Below, piece by piece: positions 9,046 through 20,626 of a stretch of 64,000 nt of DNA (positions within the stretch are counted from its first letter, which is position 1; each line of letters starts with the position of its first letter). The stretch is from contig CALFOM010000095.1 in the NCBI GenBank assembly GCA_937919685.1, positions 4,285 to 68,284 on the forward strand, read 5' to 3'. The position numbers and the translations under genes are program-made. The notes below the pieces were generated by a model. That model worked only from the letters and a program-made list of their open reading frames with translations. It was not told the DNA's origin and did no database searches. Source of the stretch: an uncultured Phycisphaera sp. Its GTDB lineage: Bacteria > Planctomycetota > Phycisphaerae > Phycisphaerales > SM1A02.

Positions 9046-10332
9046 ATGAATCCCACCCCGGATCGTCCGACCGGCATCGATCTTCGCCGCCGTCGTGGAG
9101 CCTTCAGCGACATGTCTTCATCTTCCATGGTTCCTGCCTGCGTTCTCTCTCTCGCGGTCTTTTCAACTTTGCAGTCGATGGCGCAGTCGCCGGAAGGCGC
9201 CGGGTCGGCAGACTGGAAGACCGAGGAAGCGGTGTTCCTCGATGATCCGGTCCAATTGACCTTTCATGACCGGTTCCTCAAGGCGGGGGAATCCTACTTC
9301 TCGCCCGACGGGAATAAGGTCATCTTTCAAGCAGTCGAGCAGACCTCCGAGATGACGCCCGACGACTTCTATGCGATGTTCGTGGCCGACACCGTTCGAG
9401 ATGAATCCGGAAAGACTCGATCTCTCGAGAACATCCGAAAGATCTCACCCGAAGGCTCGGCCAACACCTGTGGTTGGTTCCATCCCATCGATCCGAACAT
9501 CGTCATCTTCGGAACCACGATGTCGGCGCCGACCGAGAACACGCCGCCCGGATACCAGCGGGGGAGTGGTCGATACCGTTGGATGTTCCCCCCTGAGATG
9601 CGGATCGTCGCGGCAGATCTCCGCACCGCCGACGGAACCGCTGGCACCCTGGATCCATTGGTGGGAGATGGAACGTCGTATACCGCCGAAGGAAGTTTCT
9701 CGCCGGACGGGCGGTTTCTTCTTTACACCTCACTCGAAAGTGGACAGGGCGACATCTTCATCAAGGACCTCGCGACCGGGAAAATCACGACCTTGATCGA
9801 AAAGCCCGGCTACGACGGCGGGCCGTTCTTCTCGCCGGATGGCCAACGCATCACGTATCGAAGTGACCGACACGCCAACAATCTCCTTCAGGTGTTCGTA
9901 GCGGACCTCGCGTTCGACGAGGGCGGAGCCATCACTGGGGTCGATCGGGAGATCCAGATCACCGATGACGCGAACGTCAACTGGTGTCCGTTCTGGCATC
10001 CCGACGGAAAGCGAATGGTGTTCGCCACGAGCGCGGTGAGCCATCGCAACTATGAGGTGTTTCTGGTGGACGCGGCCCAGGATGACGAGGCCATGCCTCC
10101 GAGTATGAAGTACGGAAGCGGAATGCGGCGCATCACGTTCGGGCCGGCGGCCGACGTGCTTCCTGCCTTCAATGCCGACGGTTCAGAGATGATCTGGACC
10201 TGCAAGCGTGGAGCGAATGAGACGAGCCAGTTGTGGGTGGCTGGATTCATCGCGGATCTCGCATCTCCGAGTGCGATGCCGGCGGGGGCCTACGGTCGAC
10301 CGTCCTCGGAGAAGGGAACTGGCGAGAAGTGA
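9046..10332 (+). CDS. TolB-like periplasmic beta-propeller protein (PD40 repeats)
   Basis: ORF 8803..10332. Likely starts are the ATG at 9046 or 9112, ahead of a signal-like MVPACVLSLAVFSTLQSMAQS. Repeated FSPDG/WHPDG/FNADG blades are present (FSPDGNKVIF, FSPDGRFLLY, FFSPDGQRITY, WHPDGKRMVF, FNADGSEMIW). Confidence 0.75.
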   Translation: MNPTPDRPTGIDLRRRRGAFSDMSSSSMVPACVLSLAVFSTLQSMAQSPEGAGSADWKTEEAVFLDDPVQLTFHDRFLKAGESYFSPDGNKVIFQAVEQTSEMTPDDFYAMFVADTVRDESGKTRSLENIRKISPEGSANTCGWFHPIDPNIVIFGTTMSAPTENTPPGYQRGSGRYRWMFPPEMRIVAADLRTADGTAGTLDPLVGDGTSYTAEGSFSPDGRFLLYTSLESGQGDIFIKDLATGKITTLIEKPGYDGGPFFSPDGQRITYRSDRHANNLLQVFVADLAFDEGGAITGVDREIQITDDANVNWCPFWHPDGKRMVFATSAVSHRNYEVFLVDAAQDDEAMPPSMKYGSGMRRITFGPAADVLPAFNADGSEMIWTCKRGANETSQLWVAGFIADLASPSAMPAGAYGRPSSEKGTGEK

Positions 10333-12032
10333 GTTCGGTCATCGACGATCGCAGATATCTCGTTCCGTTCCGGTCTGCACTTCTGCCTCAGCTCTTCGCC
10401 GATGTTCTGGTGATCGGAAGCGGCGTCGCCGGTCTGCGTGCGGCGATGGTCGCCGCCGATGCCGGAAAAGATGTGGTCGTCCTCTCCAAGCGCGAGGCAT
10501 CGCTTTCATCGACGACCTGGGCGCAGGGTGGAATCGCGGCGGCGATGGACGCGGCGGATCATCCGGATGCTCACGCGTCCGACACGCTGGAGGCGGGTGC
10601 GGGACTGTGCGACCCTGTGATGGTCGACTTGCTCTGTCGGTCCGCTCCGGCCGAGATGGAGCAACTGCTTCGGTGGGGAATGCGATTCGACCGCACGAGT
10701 AACGGCTCTTTGAGCCTTGGTCGTGAAGGCGGGCACCGGCACAACCGGATCCTTCACACCGACGGAGCCGCCACCGGCGTCGCGTTGTCTTCGTGTCTGC
10801 TGGCGCAGGCGGCTGCCCGGCAGACGCTGCGAATCTTCGAGCATTGCACGGCGATCGATCTTCTGACCGCGGAGAACGCTCCCGGAGCACCGGTGACCGG
10901 CGTTCTCACCCATCACCCGCGATACGGCCTTCAGGTCATTTGGGCTGGTGCGGTGGTGCTCGCCGGCGGTGGAGCCGGACGGCTCTTTCGAGAGACGACC
11001 AATCCCTCGACCGCGACCGGCGAATCGATGGCGATGGCGTTCCGTGCCGGCGGGTTGGTGGCGGACACGGAATTCGTCCAGTTCCATCCGACGACGCTCT
11101 ATATCGCAGGATCGGTTCGGGCGCTGATGAGCGAAGCAGTTCGCGGCGAGGGGGGTCGTCTCGTCGATCGACGTGGCCGTCCTGTGATGGCGGGCGTGCA
11201 CGAACTCGGTGATCTTGCACCTCGTGACGTCGTGACGGCAAGGATCTCCCAGGTGCTCGCCGAGACCGGCGACCCCTGCGTGTACCTCGATACTTCGAAC
11301 GTCGCAGGCGGGTTCTCAAAACGCTTTCCCAATCTCGCGAAATCACTGGCCGAATTCGAAATCGACCCCGAGACCACGCCGGTGCCAGTGCATCCCGCGG
11401 CGCATTACACGATCGGCGGCGTGGTGACCGACGAGAACGGCATGACCTCGGTTCCCGGGCTCTTCGCATGCGGCGAAGTCGCCGCGACCGGGATTCACGG
11501 GGCCAATCGACTGGCGAGCAATTCCCTGCTCGAAGGTCTGGTGTTTGGCGCCCGTGCAGGAGCGGCTGCGATCTCGATCGACGACCCCGGGCATCGACCG
11601 AAGCTCATTGCGGAGGCCCCACGGGGACGGGCGGGGGAGCTCGACCTGATCGACGTCCGCGCGAGTCTTCGGAGTTCGATGTGGCGAAACGTCGGGATTG
11701 AAAGAGATGGCGACAAACTCCGGGATGCACTCGAGATGATCGACTTCTGGGGTCGGTACTGTCTCGATAAGACCTTCGACGACCCCGATGGCTGGCGGAT
11801 CCAGGGCATGCTCGCGGCGGCGAGACTCGTGGTCCGAGGCGCCCTTGCCCGCGAGGAAAGCCGCGGAACGCATCGACGATCGGATCACCCGAAGGCCGAG
11901 GATCGATTCAAGGTCCGGTTTGCGTGGCGTCAAGGCCGCGCCGAACCCGAATTGCTTCCGATCTGCAGATCGATGCCCGATGACGTGGCACCGTCGCGGG
12001 CCAACACGAACGCGGCGGCGATCTCCGAATGA
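10329..12032 (+). CDS. nadB: L-aspartate oxidase
   Basis: FAD-binding VLVIGSGVAGLRAA, WAQGGIAAA, HTDGAATG, the RGEGG motif, and the C-terminal ESRGTHRRSDHP. The GTG at 10329 overlaps the TolB-like stop (GTGA). Confidence 0.9.
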   Translation: MSSVIDDRRYLVPFRSALLPQLFADVLVIGSGVAGLRAAMVAADAGKDVVVLSKREASLSSTTWAQGGIAAAMDAADHPDAHASDTLEAGAGLCDPVMVDLLCRSAPAEMEQLLRWGMRFDRTSNGSLSLGREGGHRHNRILHTDGAATGVALSSCLLAQAAARQTLRIFEHCTAIDLLTAENAPGAPVTGVLTHHPRYGLQVIWAGAVVLAGGGAGRLFRETTNPSTATGESMAMAFRAGGLVADTEFVQFHPTTLYIAGSVRALMSEAVRGEGGRLVDRRGRPVMAGVHELGDLAPRDVVTARISQVLAETGDPCVYLDTSNVAGGFSKRFPNLAKSLAEFEIDPETTPVPVHPAAHYTIGGVVTDENGMTSVPGLFACGEVAATGIHGANRLASNSLLEGLVFGARAGAAAISIDDPGHRPKLIAEAPRGRAGELDLIDVRASLRSSMWRNVGIERDGDKLRDALEMIDFWGRYCLDKTFDDPDGWRIQGMLAAARLVVRGALAREESRGTHRRSDHPKAEDRFKVRFAWRQGRAEPELLPICRSMPDDVAPSRANTNAAAISE

Positions 12033-12781
12033 TCGAGTTGAGCCGACCATCCCGAACGATCCTGCTCGTCGTTCTCGCGATCAGCGCGATGATCGCGATG
12101 ATCGCGATGGGGTGCGAGCCGGTCGTGACGGAGTATCACCGGAGGTCGAGTTTCTACCGGATGGCAAGCGACGTGGAACTGGTCGACGAGTACGTCGACG
12201 GGCAGGGGCGACGAGTGGTGTTCATCGAAGACGGCCTGCTGCCGAGCGAACAGGCGAAGCATGACGAGGAAGCCGCGGCGAGGGTTGAAGCCAAGAAGGC
12301 CAACCGTGCCCGACTCAGATCGGAAGCGATCCGTGCCGGAAAACCGATTCCCCCAGAAGCGATGGAGCCGGGACCCCCGAAGAAGTTCCTCGCCCGCCAG
12401 ATCCTTGATGACGGAGAGGTCATCATGCAGGCCCTGCTCCCTGACCACGTGCTTGCGAACACCATGTCTTCGTTGCGAAGCCAGCAGTATCTGGAGCTTT
12501 GGGATCAGATGGTCGCGGAGTCGACGAAGCGTGACTATCAGGCCCAGGGACTCGATGTCGATGACTTCGTTCGATTCTGCGTCCAGAATCGGTCGGAGCT
12601 CATGATGACGTTGAATCGAATGAGCTTCGGCTATTACGGCGGATCAGATGTGATCATCGAACGGCTGTCGGACCTGTCGGTCCGGCTTCGGTTTGCGCCG
12701 CAGATCGGCTCGCAGTTTAAGTTCCGAGAGGTGTTCATCTCTCAGGAGCGAGATGGCATGAAACTCGCCGGAATCCACTGA
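12029..12781 (+). CDS. hypothetical lipoprotein
   Basis: The ATG overlaps the nadB stop (ATGA). The N-terminus LLVVLAISAMIAMIAMGC has a lipobox-like AMGC. No family recognised. Confidence 0.6.
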   Translation: MIELSRPSRTILLVVLAISAMIAMIAMGCEPVVTEYHRRSSFYRMASDVELVDEYVDGQGRRVVFIEDGLLPSEQAKHDEEAAARVEAKKANRARLRSEAIRAGKPIPPEAMEPGPPKKFLARQILDDGEVIMQALLPDHVLANTMSSLRSQQYLELWDQMVAESTKRDYQAQGLDVDDFVRFCVQNRSELMMTLNRMSFGYYGGSDVIIERLSDLSVRLRFAPQIGSQFKFREVFISQERDGMKLAGIH

Positions 12782-12802
12782 GTCATCCGCCGGTGGCGCA
12801 GG

Positions 12803-13330
12803 TCAGGACGGGGTCGATGAAAAAGCGACCCGGCAGAGTCGCCGAAGTCCCAGTTCGACTTGATGTCGCAATTCCGGATAGATGAGAATCGCGATCTCTC
12901 CCGGTCGCGGTCCGATGGGGTCCGGTTGAACGGTCTCGGGACGCTGGTTCGGACGGTCCTTCCGAAGTGAGATTTCGATCACTCGAGTTGGTTTGTCCTT
13001 GGGATCAAAAGGCCAGGCGAGCTCGAGAGCACGAAGAAACTCTGGCCGTTGGGAACATCCGGTTCGGCCGCGGAAAGCCGCGTGACAGAATGGGGCGGTG
13101 AACCCTCGATCTGGAGGGTTCGTGACTCTCCCGAGCAGCCAAGCAGGCTGATGCCGTGTCGGGCCGCGGGAGATGCCCATGCGAATCCGACGACCAGCAT
13201 GACCAGACATCCCGCTGCGGTGAATCGGCTTGACCAGATTGGAATTGGATTGGTCGAGATGGTGATCGTGCTCTCTGGGGTGTCTCGCATCGGCGAATGG
13301 CCCGGTTGTTGAAAACGTCGTTTTCGTCAT
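12803..13330 (-). CDS. candidate hypothetical protein (176 aa)
   Basis: This is the lower part of ORF 12803..13897. The ATG at 13330 is preceded by CGGAGAAACGA (GGAG with a 6-nt spacer). The C-terminal half looks protein-like (RPEFLRALELAWPFDPKDKPTRVIEISLRKDRP...). No homolog recognised. Confidence 0.35.
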   Translation of the reverse strand: MTKTTFSTTGPFADARHPREHDHHLDQSNSNLVKPIHRSGMSGHAGRRIRMGISRGPTRHQPAWLLGRVTNPPDRGFTAPFCHAAFRGRTGCSQRPEFLRALELAWPFDPKDKPTRVIEISLRKDRPNQRPETVQPDPIGPRPGEIAILIYPELRHQVELGLRRLCRVAFSSTPS

Positions 13331-13546
13331 TCGTTTCTCCGAATATCGTCCTCTGCCGGTTTCATTCTCGAAAGGACTTCGGTGGTGATTGGGGAAGACA
13401 CCCCAGTCGGGCGAGCGGTCCTTGGATGTCGGATGTCGGTGGTCGCGGGAGGGATCGCGCCACGCCACGGCGACGGTTCTCGATTGGCGGGAATCGGCTG
13501 GGCGGTGAGCGGTCTCCCGCATTCGATGCCGGGTACCAAGGAAATC

Positions 13547-13578
13547 GCGGCGGAACGTCGATTGGGACGTTCCGCCGC
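13547..13578 (-). terminator. hairpin about 30 nt downstream of the clpC stop (putative terminator)
   Basis: Perfect 13-bp stem GCGGCGGAACGTC / GACGTTCCGCCGC with a 6-nt loop. On the minus strand it is followed only by GATTTCC, a weak U-tract. Confidence 0.5.
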
Positions 13579-13607
13579 GATGGCGTTCGAATGAATGTTG
13601 ATCCAAC

Positions 13608-16166
<2,559 letters not shown>

Positions 16167-16361
16167 GGGAATCTCCGGTTTGGCTGGCAGAACGCCAATC
16201 ACCCTCATGGTACGCGCGACCTGAAAGTTTGGTCGCCCGTTCCTCGAATGGCGGCAACCTCCGTGCCGGAACCACTCGTACTCCTTGCATCGGCCCTGAA
16301 AGTACGCGGATCGACCAGATATCTGGAATCGGCGCCATGAATCTGGCCGTATGGTGCAGTC

Positions 16362-17837
16362 GTGAAGATTCTGTTTCCTGCCATCCTGACGGTCTGGATT
16401 GCCCTCACCTGCAGGAGTGGTGCGGCGGCATCATTCGATTTTCGGCTCTTCGAGGGTGCGGAGCGGGGTGATTCGAATGATCCCCGGGCTGCTCAAAGCG
16501 AGGGAATCAACCAAATCGATCAGGCGGACGCCACACTTCCCGATGGCCAGGTGACTCTTGAGTCGCCGTTTCCACTTCGAATTCGGGATCTGGAAGGTAC
16601 GACGCATTCCGGCAGGGTGACGCAGTTCGATGACCGGGGCCTTTCGGGAGAGATCGGGACCATTCCTTGGGTCGATCTCGCACCCGCGGATCGGTTTCGG
16701 ATCGGCCAAGAGGCCCTTCGAAAGAGTCGTCGGCATGATGCCGCGGGCCTTGGATGGCTCTTGTTCATGCTGCGCAGTACCGACTCTGGTGATTTCTCTG
16801 ACCGGGCCGAGAAGCTCCTTCGAGCCAAAGCCGGCGTCGACGCGGATCGGATCATCGCCGCGGCGGAGACGAGAGCGCAAGAAGTGCGCGTCAAGGCGGC
16901 GCAGGTTCTCTCGGCGGCGGAAACGGCGAAGCTCAAGCAGGGTCGACCACATCTGCATTCGGCATCCGTGGCGGCATGGCCGGTGCCGGATCCGATTCGA
17001 CAGAGTTCATTGGCCGAGCAACTCCGTGTCAAAGGCGAATCCGCTGCCGAAGGTCTTGGGCTACAAGGTGTCCGAACTACGTCGACGGTGGTGCTCGGAT
17101 TGGATTCCTTGGAGGCGCTGGCGCGGGACGGCGTCGCGTTTGACCGCTTGACGAGTGAGATCGCGCCGCGTCTCGGCTTGATGCCAGGACGCAATCCGTT
17201 TCCTGGCGCCCTGCTGGTGATGGAAGTCACCGATCACGACACCCTCCGGCTCATGGCGGGCACGATCTTCGATCACCAGGCTCCTCTCGATGATGATTCG
17301 ATTCTCTTCCCGACCGACGATGGGCCGTTCGTCATCATGGCGATGCCCGACCCGAGTCGGATCGCGGCGATCTCAGAGGCCATGTCCGGCGGAAATCCGC
17401 TCGAGATGCTTCGTTCCCTCGAGCGAGCACGAATCGTGGCGAGAGCCTGTCTGGTTCATGCCCACACTCGGCGGGCGCTCCCGGCCTGGTTGGTCGAGGG
17501 CATCGCGGAGTACATTGCTTCGACCTCGGTCGCAGAGGCGCCGATCGATTCGATCCGTCGCCGGCGGGCGTTGCGTTCGATGCGAAGCGGGCAACATCCC
17601 GGTTGGATCATTGGGCTCGATGGGAATGACCAAGGCTTTGATCTCGATGGTCTGGCGCGTGATGTCGCCTACGTTCTGGTCACCCGTTTGTTTGAGACCG
17701 ACCCGGGACTTCCGGCCGGTCTGATCAACGATCTCAAGAACGGCATGACGCCTGACCAGTCATTCCGTCGTCGAATGGGTGGCTCGATCGCCGCCTGGTT
17801 TGACGACAGTGCCGACTGGTTCCGATACAACGATTGA
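16362..17837 (+). CDS. secreted DUF1570 / peptidase-MA-like protein, probably catalytically degenerate
   Basis: GTG start and signal peptide MKILFPAILTVWIALTCRSGAAA. The C-terminal LVHAHTRRALPAWLVEGIAEYIAS resembles the HExxH...WLxEGxAEY arrangement, but the Glu is missing. Confidence 0.6.
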   Translation: MKILFPAILTVWIALTCRSGAAASFDFRLFEGAERGDSNDPRAAQSEGINQIDQADATLPDGQVTLESPFPLRIRDLEGTTHSGRVTQFDDRGLSGEIGTIPWVDLAPADRFRIGQEALRKSRRHDAAGLGWLLFMLRSTDSGDFSDRAEKLLRAKAGVDADRIIAAAETRAQEVRVKAAQVLSAAETAKLKQGRPHLHSASVAAWPVPDPIRQSSLAEQLRVKGESAAEGLGLQGVRTTSTVVLGLDSLEALARDGVAFDRLTSEIAPRLGLMPGRNPFPGALLVMEVTDHDTLRLMAGTIFDHQAPLDDDSILFPTDDGPFVIMAMPDPSRIAAISEAMSGGNPLEMLRSLERARIVARACLVHAHTRRALPAWLVEGIAEYIASTSVAEAPIDSIRRRRALRSMRSGQHPGWIIGLDGNDQGFDLDGLARDVAYVLVTRLFETDPGLPAGLINDLKNGMTPDQSFRRRMGGSIAAWFDDSADWFRYND

Positions 17838-19220
17838 CCGCGGCGGAACAATGATCAAGGTCGCGAAGAATGCTGCGGCGGCGAGCGCGAGGGCGAGGAG
17901 GTAGCTCGCGGTGACGCCCGGGGCGTAATTCGTCATGTCGGTGCCACCCAGCGCCTTGATCATGGTGGCGGAGACGACCACTGCGATATTCCCGCTCATG
18001 ATGAGCACCGTGAGCATCGAGCCACTGGCGAGGCCGACGTTGTTCTCGGGAATCGTCGCGATGCCTCCAGCCTGTGACATGGACCAGCCCCAAGAACATC
18101 CGAATCCGACGACGAGAAGGCCGATCGCGAGCCAGGGCGAGACGTCCGACATCCAGAAGATGACGCACGCCGCGGTCTGAATCGCCGTGGCGAAGAGCAG
18201 CATGAGCCGGGTGCCGATCCGGCGCTGAAGGACCGGCCCGAGAAAACCTGCGGCGGCGACCGGTACGCTCAAGTAGAGGAACTGGAAGCCTGCGGTCATC
18301 GGGTCTTCCTTGCGGACTTCCTGCAGGTACAGGGTGGTGGCGAAGATCAGGATGCACCAGCACGAGTTGCTCAGGCTGCCGCCCGTAAGGTAGCCCGCGA
18401 AGGTTCGATTCCCGAGAAGTCGGAGGTCGACGAGGGGCGTCTCCTGTCTGAGCTCGTGCCATGCGAACACCGCTAGGCTGAGAACGCCGCCGGCGATGAT
18501 GGAGAGTGACGTGGCGAGCGCCTGATCAGCGAGCCCGGCGACACCGATCGAGAGTCCGCCGATTCCGGTGGTCAGCAAGACGATGCCGATGAAATCGACG
18601 CGACCAGTCTTGGCATCCGGGTTCTTACTTTCTTTCGAGAGAATGAACACCAGGATGAACGCGACCGCCGAAATCGGCGGATTGATCAGGAAGACCCATC
18701 GCCAGTCGATCAGTTCGGTGAAGATGCCGCCGACTACGGGGCCGATCGCCATGCCCAGCGTCGCGACCCCAGTGAGAATCGACATGGTCTTCGGCAATTG
18801 TGATTGCGGCGTCGCCGCGCCGACCACCGCCGTCGACAGCGGAAACAGCAGCCCGGCGCCGATGCCCAACGCGATTCGCGAGACGACCAACTCGATGACC
18901 GAATTCGCCAGGCCGACCCAGACCGAGACGGCGCCGAACAGCACGATGCCCAACAGCAGGAGTCGCTTCCGACCGAACCGATCCCCAAGGGGGCCTGCGA
19001 TCGCGAGCACCACGGAGAATGAGAGGATGTACCCAGTGATCACCCACTGCAGGCTGTCCGCCGAGACGTTGAAGTCCGACGCCATGCGAGGGAGCGCGAT
19101 CGCCGTCGCGGTGTAGTCGATCACCACGAGCATCTGGGCCATGCCTGCAGCGATGATGAGCGCGAGGCCGGACATCGAGGAACGTATGCCTGACGGATCG
19201 TCAGTTTGGCGTTGGGTCAT
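17760..19220 (-). CDS. MFS transporter, DHA2 (EmrB/QacA-like) type, paralog 2
   Basis: ORF 17760..19292. The ATG at 19220 overlaps the stop of the upstream paralog (ATGA). It has LGDRFGRKRLLLLG (MFS motif A) and many hydrophobic helices. Confidence 0.85.
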   Translation of the reverse strand: MTQRQTDDPSGIRSSMSGLALIIAAGMAQMLVVIDYTATAIALPRMASDFNVSADSLQWVITGYILSFSVVLAIAGPLGDRFGRKRLLLLGIVLFGAVSVWVGLANSVIELVVSRIALGIGAGLLFPLSTAVVGAATPQSQLPKTMSILTGVATLGMAIGPVVGGIFTELIDWRWVFLINPPISAVAFILVFILSKESKNPDAKTGRVDFIGIVLLTTGIGGLSIGVAGLADQALATSLSIIAGGVLSLAVFAWHELRQETPLVDLRLLGNRTFAGYLTGGSLSNSCWCILIFATTLYLQEVRKEDPMTAGFQFLYLSVPVAAAGFLGPVLQRRIGTRLMLLFATAIQTAACVIFWMSDVSPWLAIGLLVVGFGCSWGWSMSQAGGIATIPENNVGLASGSMLTVLIMSGNIAVVVSATMIKALGGTDMTNYAPGVTASYLLALALAAAAFFATLIIVPPRSIVVSEPVGTVVKPGGDRATHSTTE

Positions 19221-20626
19221 GACGTCGTCCTCACAGGGTGCCTGCGCGGCACGATCAGGAATGCGGCGACGAATCCGATCGCCGCGAGACAAAGGGCGAA
19301 TAGAAAACTAGCGGCGACCCCTGGGCCATAGTCGATCGCCGAAGGACCACCGAGTTCCTTGATCATCGTCGCAGAAACAACCATCGCCACGTTTCGACTC
19401 ATGATCAGGACCGTCATCATCGAACCGCTTGCAAGGCCGAGATTGGCCTCGGGGATCGTGGCGATGCCGCCCGCTTGCGACATCGACCAGCCCCAGGAAC
19501 ATCCAAAGCCAACCATGAGAAGGCCCACGGCGAGCCATGGCGATACGTCCGACATCCACAAGAGGCTGCATGCCGCGGTCTGAATAGCCAGGGCGAGCAA
19601 CAGCATGGATCGCGTGCTGGTATGTCGTTGGAGGACGGGGCCGAGGAATCCGGCGATCGCGACTGGAATACTCAGGTACAGGAACTGGAAGCCGGCGGAC
19701 ATCGCGTCCTCCTTTTGGACTTCCTGAAGATAGAGCGTGGTGGCGAAGACCAAAACTCCCCAGCACCCATTGCTCAGACTCCCGCCGATCAGGTACCCGA
19801 CGAAGGTTCGGTTTCCGAGTAATCGAATATCGATCAGGGGAGATCGGTATCGGAGTTCGTGCCATCCGAACAAAATCAGGGTGACGCAACTCGCAAGAAT
19901 GATCGAGACCGATGTCACCATCGAGTGGTCCGCAAGATCCGCCAAACCGATGGAAAGCCCGCTGATTCCGATGATCAGGAGCAGAATGCCGACGACATCG
20001 ATGCGTCCCGTATCGGCATCTGGGTTACGGCTTTCGTTGGCAAGAAAGATGATGAGGAAAAACGCGATGGCGGCGATGGGAAGGTTGATAAAGAACACCC
20101 ATCGCCAGTCGATTAACTCGGTGAACACCCCTCCGACCACGGGGCCGAGGGCCATGCCGATCGTCGCCACGCCAGTGAGGAGCGACATCACCTTGGGTAG
20201 TTCTTCTCGCTTCCAACTCGCCGCGACCACGGCCACGGAAAGCGGAAAAATGATTCCGCCCCCGACGCCGAGGGCGACCCGCGCGATGATGAGCGTGAAG
20301 GCCGAGCCGGCAAGGCCGACCCAAGCCGAAACGCCGGCGAACAAGATGATTCCGAGAAGGAGGAGTCGCTTCCGGCCGAATCGATCTCCCAAGGATCCGG
20401 CGATCGCCAGGGTGATCGAGAACGAAATGATGTAGCCGGTTAACACCCACTGAAGGCTGTCGGCGGAGACTTTGAAATCCTCGGCCATCCGCGGCAGCGC
20501 GATCGCCGTCGCGGAGAAGTCGATCATCACCAGCATTTGGGACATGCCAGCGGCGACGATGAGGGCTAGTTTGGAGAACCGCGATGGTTCCTTCGTCGCG
20601 GAAGACTCACTTGTACCGCCGCTCAC
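19217..20626 (-). CDS. MFS transporter, DHA2 (EmrB/QacA-like) type, paralog 1
   Basis: The GTG start overlaps the ABC ATPase stop (GTGA). By eye it is collinear and roughly two-thirds identical with the downstream paralog, sharing the same LGDRFGRKRLLLLG and WRWVF motifs. Confidence 0.85.
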   Translation of the reverse strand: MSGGTSESSATKEPSRFSKLALIVAAGMSQMLVMIDFSATAIALPRMAEDFKVSADSLQWVLTGYIISFSITLAIAGSLGDRFGRKRLLLLGIILFAGVSAWVGLAGSAFTLIIARVALGVGGGIIFPLSVAVVAASWKREELPKVMSLLTGVATIGMALGPVVGGVFTELIDWRWVFFINLPIAAIAFFLIIFLANESRNPDADTGRIDVVGILLLIIGISGLSIGLADLADHSMVTSVSIILASCVTLILFGWHELRYRSPLIDIRLLGNRTFVGYLIGGSLSNGCWGVLVFATTLYLQEVQKEDAMSAGFQFLYLSIPVAIAGFLGPVLQRHTSTRSMLLLALAIQTAACSLLWMSDVSPWLAVGLLMVGFGCSWGWSMSQAGGIATIPEANLGLASGSMMTVLIMSRNVAMVVSATMIKELGGPSAIDYGPGVAASFLFALCLAAIGFVAAFLIVPRRHPVRTTS

